From an uncultured Chlamydiae bacterium (lineage in GTDB: Bacteria; Chlamydiota; Chlamydiia; Chlamydiales; JAJFMB01): DNA of 64,000 bases. Positions 1 to 10,438 of the stretch are shown piece by piece. A model generated the notes under the pieces. It searched no databases and had not been told where the DNA came from. It saw only the letters and a program-made list of their open reading frames with translations. Both the position numbers and the translations under genes were made by a program. Location: the NCBI GenBank assembly GCA_963696295.1, contig CAVOJR010000001.1, positions 2,592,001 to 2,656,000 of the forward strand, in the 5' to 3' direction. Within the stretch, counting starts at the first letter, position 1; the number at the start of each line of letters is the position of its first letter.

Positions 1-309
1 AGCTTGCCTACCCTCCATCATGGCCCCGCCGAAGCCCCTGCAGCACAGACTGCGGAAAAAAAAGAACAAAAAGTTGCCAATGTGATCACGTCGCCCATGG
101 TGGGCACCTTCTACGCCTCTCCTTCTCCCGATGACCCTGCTTTTGTCAAGGTAGGGGATAAAATTGAGAAAGAAACGGTAGTATGCATCATTGAGGCCAT
201 GAAAGTGATGAATGAGGTGAAAGCAGGAATCTCAGGCAGAGTGGAGGAGATACTGGTGGAAAGCGGTCACCCGGTAGAATTTGGCACAAAACTTTATCGA
301 ATCAGTTAA
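1..309 (+). CDS. accB: Acetyl-CoA carboxylase biotin carboxyl carrier protein (5' truncated by window)
   Basis: SPMVGTFY and the EAMKVMN biotinylation motif; directly upstream of accC. Confidence 0.95.
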   Translation, partial: SLPTLHHGPAEAPAAQTAEKKEQKVANVITSPMVGTFYASPSPDDPAFVKVGDKIEKETVVCIIEAMKVMNEVKAGISGRVEEILVESGHPVEFGTKLYRIS

Positions 310-312
310 TGC

Positions 313-1677
313 ATGAAAAAAATACTTATTGCTAATCGCGGCGAAATTGCTGTCAGAATAATACGCGCCTGCCATGATATGGGGTTGCAAACCGTCGCCA
401 TCTATTCCGATGTGGACAGCGAAGCTCTGCATGTTTTGCATGCCGATGAAGCCATTTGCATTGGCGAGGCAAAGGCAAACCGCTCCTACTTAAAAATTCC
501 CAATATCCTGTCCGCCTGCGAGATAACCGGCGCAGACGCTTTACATCCCGGCTATGGCTTTTTGTCTGAGAACGCCAATTTCGCATCAATATGTGAAAGC
601 TGCGGCCTGACATTCATCGGCCCTCCCTCCTCCGCCATATCCCTTCTGGGCGATAAATCCAAGGCGAAGTCGGTGGCCAAAAAAGCAGGCTGTCCGGTCA
701 TTCCCGGTACCAACGGCATCATATCCGATCCAAAAGAAGCCCTCGAGGAAGCGAAAAAGCTCGGTTTTCCCATATTCATCAAGGCGGCAGCCGGCGGCGG
801 TGGCCGCGGGATTCGCATCGCCTATGAGGAAAAAGAATTTTTAAAACAATTTTCTGCAGCAAGAGCGGAAGCGGAAGTGAGCTTCGGCAATCTGGATATC
901 TATTTAGAGAAGATGATCATGAATCCCCGCCACATCGAAGTGCAGGTGATAGGAGATCAATATGGAAATTATGTCCACCTCGGCGAGCGCGACTGCACTA
1001 CTCAAAGGCGCAGGCAAAAATTGATTGAAGAAAGCCCAAGCCCCGTACTCACCAATAAGCTGCGCGATAAAATAGGTAAAGCGGCCATTAGCGTTGTTAA
1101 AGCGGCCAAATACCACTCTTTAGGCACCGTGGAGTTTTTGCTTGATAAAGACCAGCAATTTTATTTCATGGAGGTCAATACGCGCGTTCAAGTGGAGCAT
1201 ACGGTGACTGAGGAACTGACTGGGATTGACCTTGTCAGGGAGCAAATCAGAGTGGCCATGGGCGAAAAGCTTAGCTTCCAGCAAAAAGACATTACTTTTA
1301 AGGGGCATGTCATACAGTTCCGCATCAATGCCGAGAACCCAAAAACCAACTTTTCTCCATGTCCCGGCAAGTTGGAGTATTACCTTCCTCCTGGCGGACC
1401 TCACGTGCGCGTCGATAGCGCCTGTTATTCAGGATATCATGTGCCCCCTTATTACGATCCGATGATTGCCAAATTAATCGTTAAAGGGTGCGACCGCGAG
1501 GAAGCGATGGCGGTAGGCAGAAGGGCTCTTCGCGAGTTTCATATCGGCGGGGTGTCGACCACGATTAATTTTCACCGCTACATGCTTGAGGACCCCAATT
1601 TTCAAAACTGCACTTTTGATCTCAATTACATAGATCAGCTCGTTGAAGAGGGTTGTGATTTTGACGTAGAGGGTTAA
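313..1677 (+). CDS. accC: Biotin carboxylase
   Basis: KILIANRGEIAVR, HPGYGFLSEN, GGGGRG and EVNTRVQVEH motifs. Confidence 0.97.
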   Translation: MKKILIANRGEIAVRIIRACHDMGLQTVAIYSDVDSEALHVLHADEAICIGEAKANRSYLKIPNILSACEITGADALHPGYGFLSENANFASICESCGLTFIGPPSSAISLLGDKSKAKSVAKKAGCPVIPGTNGIISDPKEALEEAKKLGFPIFIKAAAGGGGRGIRIAYEEKEFLKQFSAARAEAEVSFGNLDIYLEKMIMNPRHIEVQVIGDQYGNYVHLGERDCTTQRRRQKLIEESPSPVLTNKLRDKIGKAAISVVKAAKYHSLGTVEFLLDKDQQFYFMEVNTRVQVEHTVTEELTGIDLVREQIRVAMGEKLSFQQKDITFKGHVIQFRINAENPKTNFSPCPGKLEYYLPPGGPHVRVDSACYSGYHVPPYYDPMIAKLIVKGCDREEAMAVGRRALREFHIGGVSTTINFHRYMLEDPNFQNCTFDLNYIDQLVEEGCDFDVEG

Positions 1678-1678
1678 A

Positions 1679-2869
1679 ATGGACGTTCACAGCATCCTGA
1701 TTCAGCTTGCTGTAATACTGCTTTTAGCTAGAATATTTGGTGATATCTCCGCTTATTTTAAAGCGCCTTCTGTTATTGGGGAACTCCTTGCCGGAGTTGT
1801 GATCGGTCCGAGCGTTTTAGGACTCATCGAGATAAGCCATCCCATCCAATTAATGGCTCAGATTGGAATTATTTTACTCCTTTTTGAAGTGGGTTTAGAG
1901 ACAGATATCGGGCATCTTTCTGCTGCAGGAGGTAAAGCGGTTATCGTCGCTCTAGGGGGTGTCCTTTTACCTTTTATATTAGGTTTTTTTTTAAGCTATT
2001 CTCTCTTTCACTTTACGTTGCTGGCCAGTCTGTTCATTGCCAGCACTCTTACGGCTACAAGCATTGGCATTACCCTAAGGGTTCTTCAGGATCTGAAAAA
2101 GCAAAATAGCGATGAAGCGCAGATCATTATAGGCGCTGCCATTTTTGATGACATCATCGGAATTGTCCTTCTCTCCGTTCTCTATGACTTTTCGATGATT
2201 GGCCGGGTAGATTTATTTAGTGCAGGTAGGGTGTTGCTGTATATCATCCTATTTTTCCTGATCTCCCCCTTCCTGGCCAAGGGGGTATCGAAAATCATAA
2301 AAAAATGGGATAAAAGAAGCGAAATCCCAGGCTTGCTGCCAACCGCAATTGTTTCCCTGATTTTGTTTTTCGGCTGGTTGGCTCACTATTTAGGCGCGCC
2401 TGAGCTTTTGGGAGGATTTGTTGTCGGTCTTGCTTTTTCAGGACAGTTTTTCTTTAATGTTCCCCTCTTACAGGAATCGAAAGGCTTTAACCATCGCGTT
2501 AAAGAGCAAATGGAGCCTATTATACATTTATTCACCCCCATTTTTTTTGTGGCTATCGGACTGGAGCTTAACCTTAAAGCGGTAGACTGGAGTTCCCCAA
2601 CCTTTTGGGCGGTCAGTATTTCTCTAACCCTAGCGGCTATTATAGGAAAACTGTTCTCCGCCTTTTTCTTAAAAGGAGAAAGCCTTCAAAAGCGGCTTAT
2701 TATCGGAACGGCAATGATTCCTCGAGGAGAGGTCGGTTTGATTTTTGCCAATATTGGACTGACTTCCTGTGTATTTAATAATGATATTTATGCAGCCATT
2801 ATCCTTGTTATCGCGATAACTACTTTAATGGCACCCTTTACCTTAAGAGAACTTTACAAAGATGTTTAA
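1679..2869 (+). CDS. CPA2-family cation/H+ antiporter (NapA/KefB-like)
   Basis: About 12 hydrophobic segments; ATSIGIT, AIFDDIIG and MIPRGEVG motifs. Confidence 0.9.
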   Translation: MDVHSILIQLAVILLLARIFGDISAYFKAPSVIGELLAGVVIGPSVLGLIEISHPIQLMAQIGIILLLFEVGLETDIGHLSAAGGKAVIVALGGVLLPFILGFFLSYSLFHFTLLASLFIASTLTATSIGITLRVLQDLKKQNSDEAQIIIGAAIFDDIIGIVLLSVLYDFSMIGRVDLFSAGRVLLYIILFFLISPFLAKGVSKIIKKWDKRSEIPGLLPTAIVSLILFFGWLAHYLGAPELLGGFVVGLAFSGQFFFNVPLLQESKGFNHRVKEQMEPIIHLFTPIFFVAIGLELNLKAVDWSSPTFWAVSISLTLAAIIGKLFSAFFLKGESLQKRLIIGTAMIPRGEVGLIFANIGLTSCVFNNDIYAAIILVIAITTLMAPFTLRELYKDV

Positions 2870-3671
2870 ATTCCTTTTAGTCTGTGTTTTTTGCTTTTTA
2901 GGCGTAGTTCAGGGTGACAAAGTACCAAAAACGCTTGTCTTGATAATCTGCTCCGATGATCTTCCCGAATATGCCGGATTTCAACGGTCTTGGAGTTCCT
3001 ATATGCATCTTGATCCTGACTATTTTGAGTGCTATTTTATTAGAGCAAACCCCGACATGAAAACGAATTTTCAGATAGACAAAGACATCATTTGGTCTAA
3101 AACTCAAGAAAATTTGGTGCCCGGCATTCTCAATAAGACACTATTATCTCTTGAAGCGATGCTCCCGAGGCTGGATGAATTTGATTATGTATTGCGTACA
3201 AATTTATCATCCTTTTTCATTTTTCCAAGGCTGAAGAATTTTCTGTTAAACGCCCCCAGGAGGAATTTTTTTTGTGGGATTCATCATCTTTTGGGTGAAG
3301 ACTGGCAGCCAGAAGGATGGATTTGCGGAGCCGGGATGATTATGTCCAGAGATCTTATCAAACTTTTATTAGTTAATAAGTGGAAGTTATTTGATTTAAA
3401 TAAAAAAATGCTAATAACTGAAAGTAGGATGCTTATTGATGATGTGGCGATTTCACGCTTCTTTGTAAAGAAGGGGGTGAAGATCCAATCTGGAAAGTCT
3501 GTGGAAATCTACAGTCTCGAGGACTGGAATGGCGTAAAGGAGAACATCCCCGAAGATATATTCCATTTCAGAATCAGAACTCTTCCCCCCCAGACAAGGG
3601 ATTTGGATCTTATCATTCATGAGACATTGCTGGAGATGTTTTACAATCAATCCATTAATTTAACAGAATGA
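2862..3671 (+). CDS. Exported hypothetical protein, probable GT-A (GT31-like) glycosyltransferase
   Basis: Signal-like N-terminus; FDYVLRTNLSS, CGAGMIMSRD and IDDVAIS motifs. Confidence 0.5.
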   Translation: MFKFLLVCVFCFLGVVQGDKVPKTLVLIICSDDLPEYAGFQRSWSSYMHLDPDYFECYFIRANPDMKTNFQIDKDIIWSKTQENLVPGILNKTLLSLEAMLPRLDEFDYVLRTNLSSFFIFPRLKNFLLNAPRRNFFCGIHHLLGEDWQPEGWICGAGMIMSRDLIKLLLVNKWKLFDLNKKMLITESRMLIDDVAISRFFVKKGVKIQSGKSVEIYSLEDWNGVKENIPEDIFHFRIRTLPPQTRDLDLIIHETLLEMFYNQSINLTE

Positions 3672-4246
3672 AGAGATGTTTTGGCGAAGGCGCCGGCAAA
3701 GAATTTTATGCGGAATATCACGATAACGAGTGGGGTGTTCCCGCGCATGAGGATCGCCATTTATTTGAAATGCTTATCCTTGAGGGGGCACAGGCTGGTT
3801 TAAGCTGGGAGACTATTCTTAAGCGACGGCAGGGGTATCGCAAGGCCTTTCATCAATTTGATCCTAAGAAGGTCGCTCTGATGGGCGATGCCGAGCTTGA
3901 GAGGCTCTGTCAAAATCCTGACATCATCCGCAACCGTTTGAAAATATTTTCCGCCCGTCAAAATGCTCAAGTCTTTCTCAAAATCCAGGCTGAGTTCGGG
4001 ACTTTTGACCGCTATGTGTGGGGGTTTGTCAATGGCGCTCCCATTATCAACCATTGGAGAGATATTCATGAAGCTCCAGCAACAACACCTATCAGCGAGG
4101 CTCTTTCCAAGGATCTGAAGAAAAGGGGCATGAATTTCGTCGGCTCAACGATCATCTACGCGTTCATGCAGGCCGTCGGCATGGTGAATGACCACACTAC
4201 TGATTGTTGGAAAAGTCAGCCGGAAGAAAACCGGAAGGGCCTATAA
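3668..4246 (+). CDS. tag: DNA-3-methyladenine glycosylase I
   Basis: YHDNEWG, LEGAQAGLSW, IIRNRLKI and GMVNDH..C motifs. Confidence 0.95.
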   Translation: MKRCFGEGAGKEFYAEYHDNEWGVPAHEDRHLFEMLILEGAQAGLSWETILKRRQGYRKAFHQFDPKKVALMGDAELERLCQNPDIIRNRLKIFSARQNAQVFLKIQAEFGTFDRYVWGFVNGAPIINHWRDIHEAPATTPISEALSKDLKKRGMNFVGSTIIYAFMQAVGMVNDHTTDCWKSQPEENRKGL

Positions 4247-4613
4247 TCACGCTGGCAATCTGATGATCTAACTTAGGCGAGCTTATAGGACTCAATTTGA
4301 CGCCAATAAGGCATTCTTTCAAATTTAACCTCAGGTCCGAATTTTCGCGGATTTTCCCGGGTACGACAGTTTGAAATTGAGAGGTATCATCAATCAGTTT
4401 ATCATAGGTTTGAAGTTTGCCTTTTAGGAGATTAGATATACGCCGCTTTTCCTTTTCTGCCCGTTTTATCTGATGCTTGGAGATTTCAGGGCTTTGTTGA
4501 AACAATATCCAGGCATTATGTGCCTTCAGAATTTGTAAATTTGTGGCTTTCCTCCCTTTCAATTCGGAGGCGGTTTCGAGTTTACTAGAAAACATTCGAC
4601 CAGATATTTGCAT
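4197..4613 (-). CDS. Hypothetical protein
   Basis: ATG 2 nt after the acpS stop, preceded by an AAGGGA SD-like sequence; no recognised motif. Confidence 0.4.
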   Translation of the reverse strand: MQISGRMFSSKLETASELKGRKATNLQILKAHNAWILFQQSPEISKHQIKRAEKEKRRISNLLKGKLQTYDKLIDDTSQFQTVVPGKIRENSDLRLNLKECLIGVKLSPISSPKLDHQIASVIIGPSGFLPADFSNNQ

Positions 4614-4615
4614 AA

Positions 4616-4993
4616 TTATCCCTTTTTTGACCAGATAACAACGGCCGTAGCGTATTCGCGGCAATGGCTTATGGAAAGGAAAAATTGGGAGGGGCTGGTC
4701 CAGTCCATGATTCGCTGCGAAACCTCTATATGAGGTTTCCCATGGGGATCGTTCAGGATCTCTATGTCTAACCACGATATTCCTTCGCGAAATCCGGTTC
4801 CAATCGCTTTAACAAGAGCTTCTTTAGCCGCAAAACGGCCCGCAAAGTTTTTTTCCGATTCTTTATGCTGAAGACAATATTTTTGTTCCTCGGCCGTGAA
4901 TAAACGGTCGAGAAATCGGGCGCCAAAGCGATCGATATCGTTTTTAATTCGCTCTATCTCGATGATATCGGTGCCAACCCCTAAAATTGTCAT
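4616..4993 (-). CDS. acpS: Holo-ACP synthase
   Basis: GVGTDIIEIERI, AGRFAAKEA and LSISH motifs. Confidence 0.96.
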   Translation of the reverse strand: MTILGVGTDIIEIERIKNDIDRFGARFLDRLFTAEEQKYCLQHKESEKNFAGRFAAKEALVKAIGTGFREGISWLDIEILNDPHGKPHIEVSQRIMDWTSPSQFFLSISHCREYATAVVIWSKKG

Positions 4994-6087
4994 TATAAAG
5001 CAAAATAACTTTTGTTAGGATCTTCTATATTACCTGAATGAGCAAATTCTTCCCCATCGGTTTCTTCACAGGCATTGCAAAAGATCATTCGCCCGGAAGA
5101 GGTATGCTTTACAGACAGGACCTGTGTTTTGATCATATCGCCGATATAGTCAGCTCCGCCGTTGACCACCACCATTGTGCCGTCATCCAGATAGCCCACT
5201 CCTTGGCGCGCCTCTTTACCGTAGCGTTGAATTTTGATACTTAGAAACTCACCCGATTGAGTCAGGGGTTTCAGGGCATTTGAAAGCGAGTGCAAGTTTA
5301 TGACTCTTACGCCTTCGATCATCGATTGCTGGATGCGGTTGATGTCGGTCGTAATGATATTGGCTTCGATGATGCGTGCCAGGTGAACGAGTTTTGAAAT
5401 CGGGTCTTTGAACTCCTGGAAATCTGTCTCGGAGAACCGGAGGTTGAGGTGGGGTAAACTCTCCAATTTTTTAATCACTTCCAGGCAGCGGCGCGCTTTG
5501 GCTTTTTCCCCGTCATCGCCATTTTCTGCGGCGTCATATAATTCGCAAAGAGTAAATCTTGGAATAACTAAGTGGTTGTCAAAAAGTCCGGATGACGACA
5601 GATCGATGATTCTAGAATCCATCATTACTGAGGAGTCTAATAAAATATCGCGTTTTTTTTCGTTATTCGGCTGGAAGCGGAGAAACGGCAGACTGACATA
5701 AATTTCCTCGGATGCACGCAGGGTCATCATCATGCCTAAATAAGCTGCGCTCAACACAATGCCCAGCCGGATGGTACGGGAAACTTCAAGTGAAAGCGCT
5801 ATGGTATCTGTTTCTTGAAGTAATTGGAAAATGAGCAAAACGCCCTCTCCCAGTAAATACCCGAAAAATAATCCGAGAGTGGCTGTATTAAAGGATCTTA
5901 GATTGACTTGTTTGAAGTAAGACTCCAGACGTATCATGATGAGGCCGAAACTAAGGCCTGCGCCGATACCCATTGAAAGCCTCATCCAGAAGGCAAATTC
6001 AGAGAGTGACGCCGTGGCAAATAAGGTCACAAATAAGGTGCATAGGCATAAAAAGAAGACTCTGATAAATGAAATTGAGGTGTTCAT
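4993..6087 (-). CDS. Membrane PIN/TRAM domain protein (YacL-like)
   Basis: N-terminal TM helices; LDSSVMMD PIN start; GKEARQGVGYLDDGTMVVV and TSSGRMIF TRAM motifs. Confidence 0.9.
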   Translation of the reverse strand: MNTSISFIRVFFLCLCTLFVTLFATASLSEFAFWMRLSMGIGAGLSFGLIMIRLESYFKQVNLRSFNTATLGLFFGYLLGEGVLLIFQLLQETDTIALSLEVSRTIRLGIVLSAAYLGMMMTLRASEEIYVSLPFLRFQPNNEKKRDILLDSSVMMDSRIIDLSSSGLFDNHLVIPRFTLCELYDAAENGDDGEKAKARRCLEVIKKLESLPHLNLRFSETDFQEFKDPISKLVHLARIIEANIITTDINRIQQSMIEGVRVINLHSLSNALKPLTQSGEFLSIKIQRYGKEARQGVGYLDDGTMVVVNGGADYIGDMIKTQVLSVKHTSSGRMIFCNACEETDGEEFAHSGNIEDPNKSYFAL

Positions 6088-6288
6088 TGCACATTTCCTT
6101 GTCGGTTTTTCATTAGTGATCCAGAGAGGTTTTATAATGAATTTCAGCTTTTTTTGTCCATATGAACCTTTGCGCTATCTATTCCTCAATTACCGAACAT
6201 TATATCAGTCAAGGAGATAAGTTCGTGTGAAAATTTTTGTTATTCCTGCGGAAATGGCCCTCATAGATATCTGACAGGAGCTTTTTGA

Positions 6289-6699
6289 TCAGTTTCTTGG
6301 CAAGACAAGGCTTTTGCAATTTTTTGGCTTGAGATAATCCAGAATGTATTTCTCAAATTTTTCATAGGAGCAGTTTTCACCGCAAGTGAAAAGATCGATG
6401 AAACAGGCGTTATGCTCAGGGTATGTATGAATGCTGGCATGGCTTTCGGAAAGAAGCCAGACCATAGTCAATCCGTCCGGCAAAAAAACGTAGTCGGTGG
6501 AAGAGAGAATGGTCGCCCCGGACAGCTCAATTGCCTTGTGCATTGTTTGGCGCAAGCGGCTTAAATCTGTTAGCGCATCGTGATCGCAATCGTAGAAACT
6601 GGCGAGATAATGGCTGCCGGCAAAATGATACTCCTCAGCAACCAGAGTGAAAATAGAGGAAAATATGAAGAAAGCAATCAAGGTCCTTAACTTTTCCAT
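6289..6699 (-). CDS. speD: Pyruvoyl-dependent S-adenosylmethionine decarboxylase-family proenzyme
   Basis: LLSESHASIHTYPEH self-cleavage motif and DLFTCG; alternative start at 6717. Confidence 0.85.
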   Translation of the reverse strand: MEKLRTLIAFFIFSSIFTLVAEEYHFAGSHYLASFYDCDHDALTDLSRLRQTMHKAIELSGATILSSTDYVFLPDGLTMVWLLSESHASIHTYPEHNACFIDLFTCGENCSYEKFEKYILDYLKPKNCKSLVLPRN

Positions 6700-6819
6700 T
6701 CTGAAAATCCTGAACATTCACGAAGTGACGTACTATAGCTGAGAGGGGACTTTTTCGCAACTTTTTTTGAAAAAAAAATCTTTTGAATAGAAAAGACATA
6801 TTTGATAGAATTGAGTCTT

Positions 6820-7272
6820 ATGAAAATCAGGCACAATCCACTTATAATTTTTTCTGGCATGCTATGGTTGTTAGCGGGCGTATCCCTGCTCAACCTGGGG
6901 CTAAAGTTATTGACCCAGTCAAATGATTTTTCCGGCTTCTTCAGCTTCTTTGGTGCGAAAGAGGAAGGGGTGACCTTATTGATTGCCACCGCTCTCCTGG
7001 TTGGCATAGTGAAGGGCAAATACATTTTAAAAAAGTCGGCGGTACAGATGCTGACGCGCATTTATTCATTGCCGAATCCCGTTCCTGTCGCGCAGGCTTA
7101 TAGCAGAAAATATCTTGTTTTATTAGCCGGCATGATTTCTCTTGGAATGATAATTAAATATTTAGCTATCCCGAACGATATCCGCGGTTTTATCGATGTC
7201 GCAATCGGCGCTGCGCTGATTCAGGGTTCAACGCACTATTTCCGCGCTATTTTAATGGTCAAGAGAATCTGA
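6820..7272 (+). CDS. Hypothetical membrane protein
   Basis: Four hydrophobic segments. Confidence 0.75.
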   Translation: MKIRHNPLIIFSGMLWLLAGVSLLNLGLKLLTQSNDFSGFFSFFGAKEEGVTLLIATALLVGIVKGKYILKKSAVQMLTRIYSLPNPVPVAQAYSRKYLVLLAGMISLGMIIKYLAIPNDIRGFIDVAIGAALIQGSTHYFRAILMVKRI

Positions 7273-7273
7273 A

Positions 7274-7696
7274 TCACTTGTGATATTGTGATCCTTTTAT
7301 AATTTCAGTCGCGCGGTAAATTTGCTCGATCAGGATCAAACGCGCAATCTGATGGGTAAAAGTCAAAGGGGAAAGGCTGATCAGCGGGTAATTCCGCCTC
7401 ATCTCATCGCTAAGACCCTCCGCACCTCCAATCACAAAGCTCAGGCGGGCGCCTCCCTTTTCCAGCTGCTGCTGAAAAAAAAGGGCGAACTGTTCGCTAT
7501 TCAGGCATTTGCCGTTGGGATCTAAGCAAATGACATTTTTTTCTTTGAGGGCGAATTGGGCAAGCTGACTATTGTCTTGCGCCCAGACGCATTCGACATC
7601 CAAAATAGGTCGCAAGCGTTTGATGTACTCGCTTAAGGCTTCTTCTAACCATTTCTCTTTATTTTTGCCGACGGAGATGAGTTTAACTTTGGGCAT
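7274..7696 (-). CDS. rlmH: 23S rRNA pseudouridine-1915 N3-methyltransferase
   Basis: FVIGGAEGL, SLSPLTFTHQIARLILIEQIYRA and terminal YHK. Confidence 0.95.
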   Translation of the reverse strand: MPKVKLISVGKNKEKWLEEALSEYIKRLRPILDVECVWAQDNSQLAQFALKEKNVICLDPNGKCLNSEQFALFFQQQLEKGGARLSFVIGGAEGLSDEMRRNYPLISLSPLTFTHQIARLILIEQIYRATEIIKGSQYHK

Positions 7697-8135
7697 TTTT
7701 CATCGCGCGCTCTATGTGGCGCTTTTCCTCTTTCTCTTTCAAAGCTTCCCGCTTATCTCCCTTTTTCTTTCCCTTTGCCGAGCCGATTTTGACCTTGACG
7801 CGCCCGTTTTTAAGGTACAGCGCCAGAGGAATTAAAGTGATTCCTTTCTCTTGCGTTTCCGATTTTAAGCGGGCGATCTCTCTTTTATGCAAAAGCAGTT
7901 TGCGGTCGCGCCTTTCCTCGTGGTTATACACATTGCCAAATTTATAGGGAGCGATATAGCTGCCGATAAGCCAGACTTCGTTTTTAAGAATCTTGACGTA
8001 GGCTTCCTGCAGGCTTGCATCATGATTGCGCAAAGATTTGATTTCCGTCCCGGTCAAAACCACTCCGGCCTCAACAGTGTCGAGGATTTCATAGTCGTGA
8101 AAGGCCTTGCGGTTGGAAACCAGATCTTTATTCAT
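7683..8135 (-). CDS. smpB: SsrA-binding protein
   Basis: NRKAFHDYEI, GTEIKSLR and RKLLLHKREI; start reassigned to MNKDL. Confidence 0.96.
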   Translation of the reverse strand: MNKDLVSNRKAFHDYEILDTVEAGVVLTGTEIKSLRNHDASLQEAYVKILKNEVWLIGSYIAPYKFGNVYNHEERRDRKLLLHKREIARLKSETQEKGITLIPLALYLKNGRVKVKIGSAKGKKKGDKREALKEKEEKRHIERAMKNAQS

Positions 8136-8183
8136 GGTTTCAGTATACCCGATCCACCAATAAATTGGGTAACAGAAAAACAC

Positions 8184-8213
8184 TTGACAAGGGGCTGAAA
8201 GCTGGCGTATTTT
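8184..8213 (+). promoter_or_regulatory. Sigma66/70-like promoter for dnaN-recF
   Basis: TTGACA-N18-TATTTT. Confidence 0.5.
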
Positions 8214-8247
8214 ATCAGGTAATTTTCTGTAGATAAAGGGACGACTA

Positions 8248-9375
8248 ATGAAATTTGTTATTGCCACTCAAGAGCTCAATTACTTAATCAGCAAATGCTT
8301 AAACGTGATTTCGAATAAACCGCCCATCCCTTTGTTATCCAATTTTTTGATTGAGGCGAAGAACGGGGAGCTGATCATTACCGCAACCGACTTGGCAGTG
8401 GGCATCAGATGCTACACCGAAGCGAAAATTTTGCAGGAAGGTTCCGTGGCTTTGCCGGCCAAGTGCCTGGCTCAGCTTATTCGGGAGCTGACGGCCGCTA
8501 ACGTGGAGATTACGGTCAGCGAAAACTTTATCGCTGAAATTCTCGCGGGCACCTCAAAGTTTGTATTACGCGGCATGAATGGCAACCAGTTTCCCAATTT
8601 GCCCGATATGCAGGGAGCCATTCAATTCTCTTTGCCGCAAAATGTATTCCGTGATCTGCTTTACCGCACCTCATTTGCCGTGGCCCGCGATGACACCAGC
8701 CGGCAGGCCTTAACCGGGCTCAACATGCAGATCGCGAACGGCCAGGTGTTTTTCGTGGGCACAGATGGACGGTTGTTGGCGCGCGCCCACATCAATGTGG
8801 GGTTAGATCCCGCTCTTTCGGGAAGTTATACTTTTCCTTTGAAGTCGGTCGAGGAATTTGCGAAGAATCTGTCCGATGACAGCGATGCCAGGATCTCCCT
8901 GCTGCCCGATAAAGTTTCGCTGCAAACTGCAGACACCCTGATCGTTTCCAACTTGCTTGTGGGTGATTATCCCGACGTCCTGCGCGTGATCCCGGAAACG
9001 GCCAGCACCGTAGTCACTTTGCACCGGGATGAGCTGATGACGCTGCTGAAGCAAATATCCCTCTTTATGGCCAATCCGCAGCACGCCGTCTGCTTTTCAT
9101 TCGGCAATGGGGAGCTGCGCATCAAGGCCAATTCGATGGCGGTCGGCGAGGGCGATGTGAGCATGCCGGTCAACTACCACGGTTCCCAGTTTGATATCGC
9201 CTTTAATCCGGGCTATTTTTTGGATGTCTTAAAGCATAGCAAAGAGGAGGCTGTGACCATGGGATTGATCGATTCCTACAATCCCGGCGTGATTATTGAT
9301 AAGGACAATGTGACGGCTGTGAATCCCTCCTTAAGCCCCTTATTTGTCCTGATGCCTATGCGTCTAAATCAGTAA
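8248..9375 (+). CDS. dnaN: DNA polymerase III beta clamp
   Basis: ATDLAVGI, GTDGRLL and C-terminal VLMPMRL. Confidence 0.96.
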   Translation: MKFVIATQELNYLISKCLNVISNKPPIPLLSNFLIEAKNGELIITATDLAVGIRCYTEAKILQEGSVALPAKCLAQLIRELTAANVEITVSENFIAEILAGTSKFVLRGMNGNQFPNLPDMQGAIQFSLPQNVFRDLLYRTSFAVARDDTSRQALTGLNMQIANGQVFFVGTDGRLLARAHINVGLDPALSGSYTFPLKSVEEFAKNLSDDSDARISLLPDKVSLQTADTLIVSNLLVGDYPDVLRVIPETASTVVTLHRDELMTLLKQISLFMANPQHAVCFSFGNGELRIKANSMAVGEGDVSMPVNYHGSQFDIAFNPGYFLDVLKHSKEEAVTMGLIDSYNPGVIIDKDNVTAVNPSLSPLFVLMPMRLNQ

Positions 9376-9379
9376 GCCG

Positions 9380-10438
9380 ATGTTTATACGCTCTCTCTAT
9401 CTCCACCATTTCCGCGCCTATCGAGAAGAGCTTATCACCTTTTGTCCCCATCTCAATTTCATTTACGGCGCCAACGCTCTCGGCAAAACGACTTTATTGG
9501 AAGCGATCCATTTTCTGATCATGGGCCGCTCATTTCGCACGGCGCAAACCCGCGAGCTCATTGAAAAAGGGGCCGATTTTTTTTATTTAGAGGCGCAATT
9601 TGTCAAATACGGCGTCGAACAGCGTTTGAAGGTCACTTGCCGCGGCAATGAGCGCAAAGTGGTTTACAACGACACCGTGTGCCCCTCCAACGCCAGCCTG
9701 CTCGGTTTGATGCAGGGAGTGGTGGTGACGCCGGACGATGTGGCTTTAGTCAAAGGCGCGCCCGGCTTGCGAAGGCATCTTCTCGATATTCAGATCGCCC
9801 AGGCCGATCCCCTTTACGTGCATCATTTGACGAGATACCTCCGCGCGATGCGGCAGCGCAACCATCTCTTGCGCGCAAAAAACCTCCTGACCATCGAAAG
9901 CTGGGAGCATGAAATGGCGAACTCCGCGGCTTACGTCACCGTGCAGCGCAAGAAAGCCGTCGGTGAGCTCCAGGCCCTGGCGGGCAAATTTTACGCCCAG
10001 TTCAGCGGTGAGAGCGACCCCTTGAAGCTGCACTATAAGTCCGCCGCCCAAGAAGTCAAGGATGGGGAGCTGACGCGCTATTACATCGAACAGTTTGCCA
10101 GGTGCCGCCCCAAAGAGGCCCTGCTCGGCTTCACCTTTGCCGGACCCCACAAAGATGATTTGCTCATGAGTTTAGGGGATAAAGAGGTGCGGCTTTATGC
10201 GAGCGAAGGGCAGAAGCGGAGCGTCGTCGTCGCCCTCAAGTTCGCCGAGTGGCAGCGCCTCTCCGCCCTGGCCGACGAGACGCCCCTCATGCTGCTCGAC
10301 GACGTCGGCATGGGGCTCGATGAGAAGCGCAAAGAGCGCCTCTTTTCCCATGTTTCCCATTTGAAGCAGGTGTTTATCACCTCGACGCAAGACTATCCCT
10401 TTAGCGGCGAATGCCGCCGGATCTATAGGGAATCCTAG
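9380..10438 (+). CDS. recF: DNA replication/repair protein RecF
   Basis: GANALGKTTLLEAI, GPHKDD, ASEGQKRS and LLDDV. Confidence 0.96.
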   Translation: MFIRSLYLHHFRAYREELITFCPHLNFIYGANALGKTTLLEAIHFLIMGRSFRTAQTRELIEKGADFFYLEAQFVKYGVEQRLKVTCRGNERKVVYNDTVCPSNASLLGLMQGVVVTPDDVALVKGAPGLRRHLLDIQIAQADPLYVHHLTRYLRAMRQRNHLLRAKNLLTIESWEHEMANSAAYVTVQRKKAVGELQALAGKFYAQFSGESDPLKLHYKSAAQEVKDGELTRYYIEQFARCRPKEALLGFTFAGPHKDDLLMSLGDKEVRLYASEGQKRSVVVALKFAEWQRLSALADETPLMLLDDVGMGLDEKRKERLFSHVSHLKQVFITSTQDYPFSGECRRIYRES

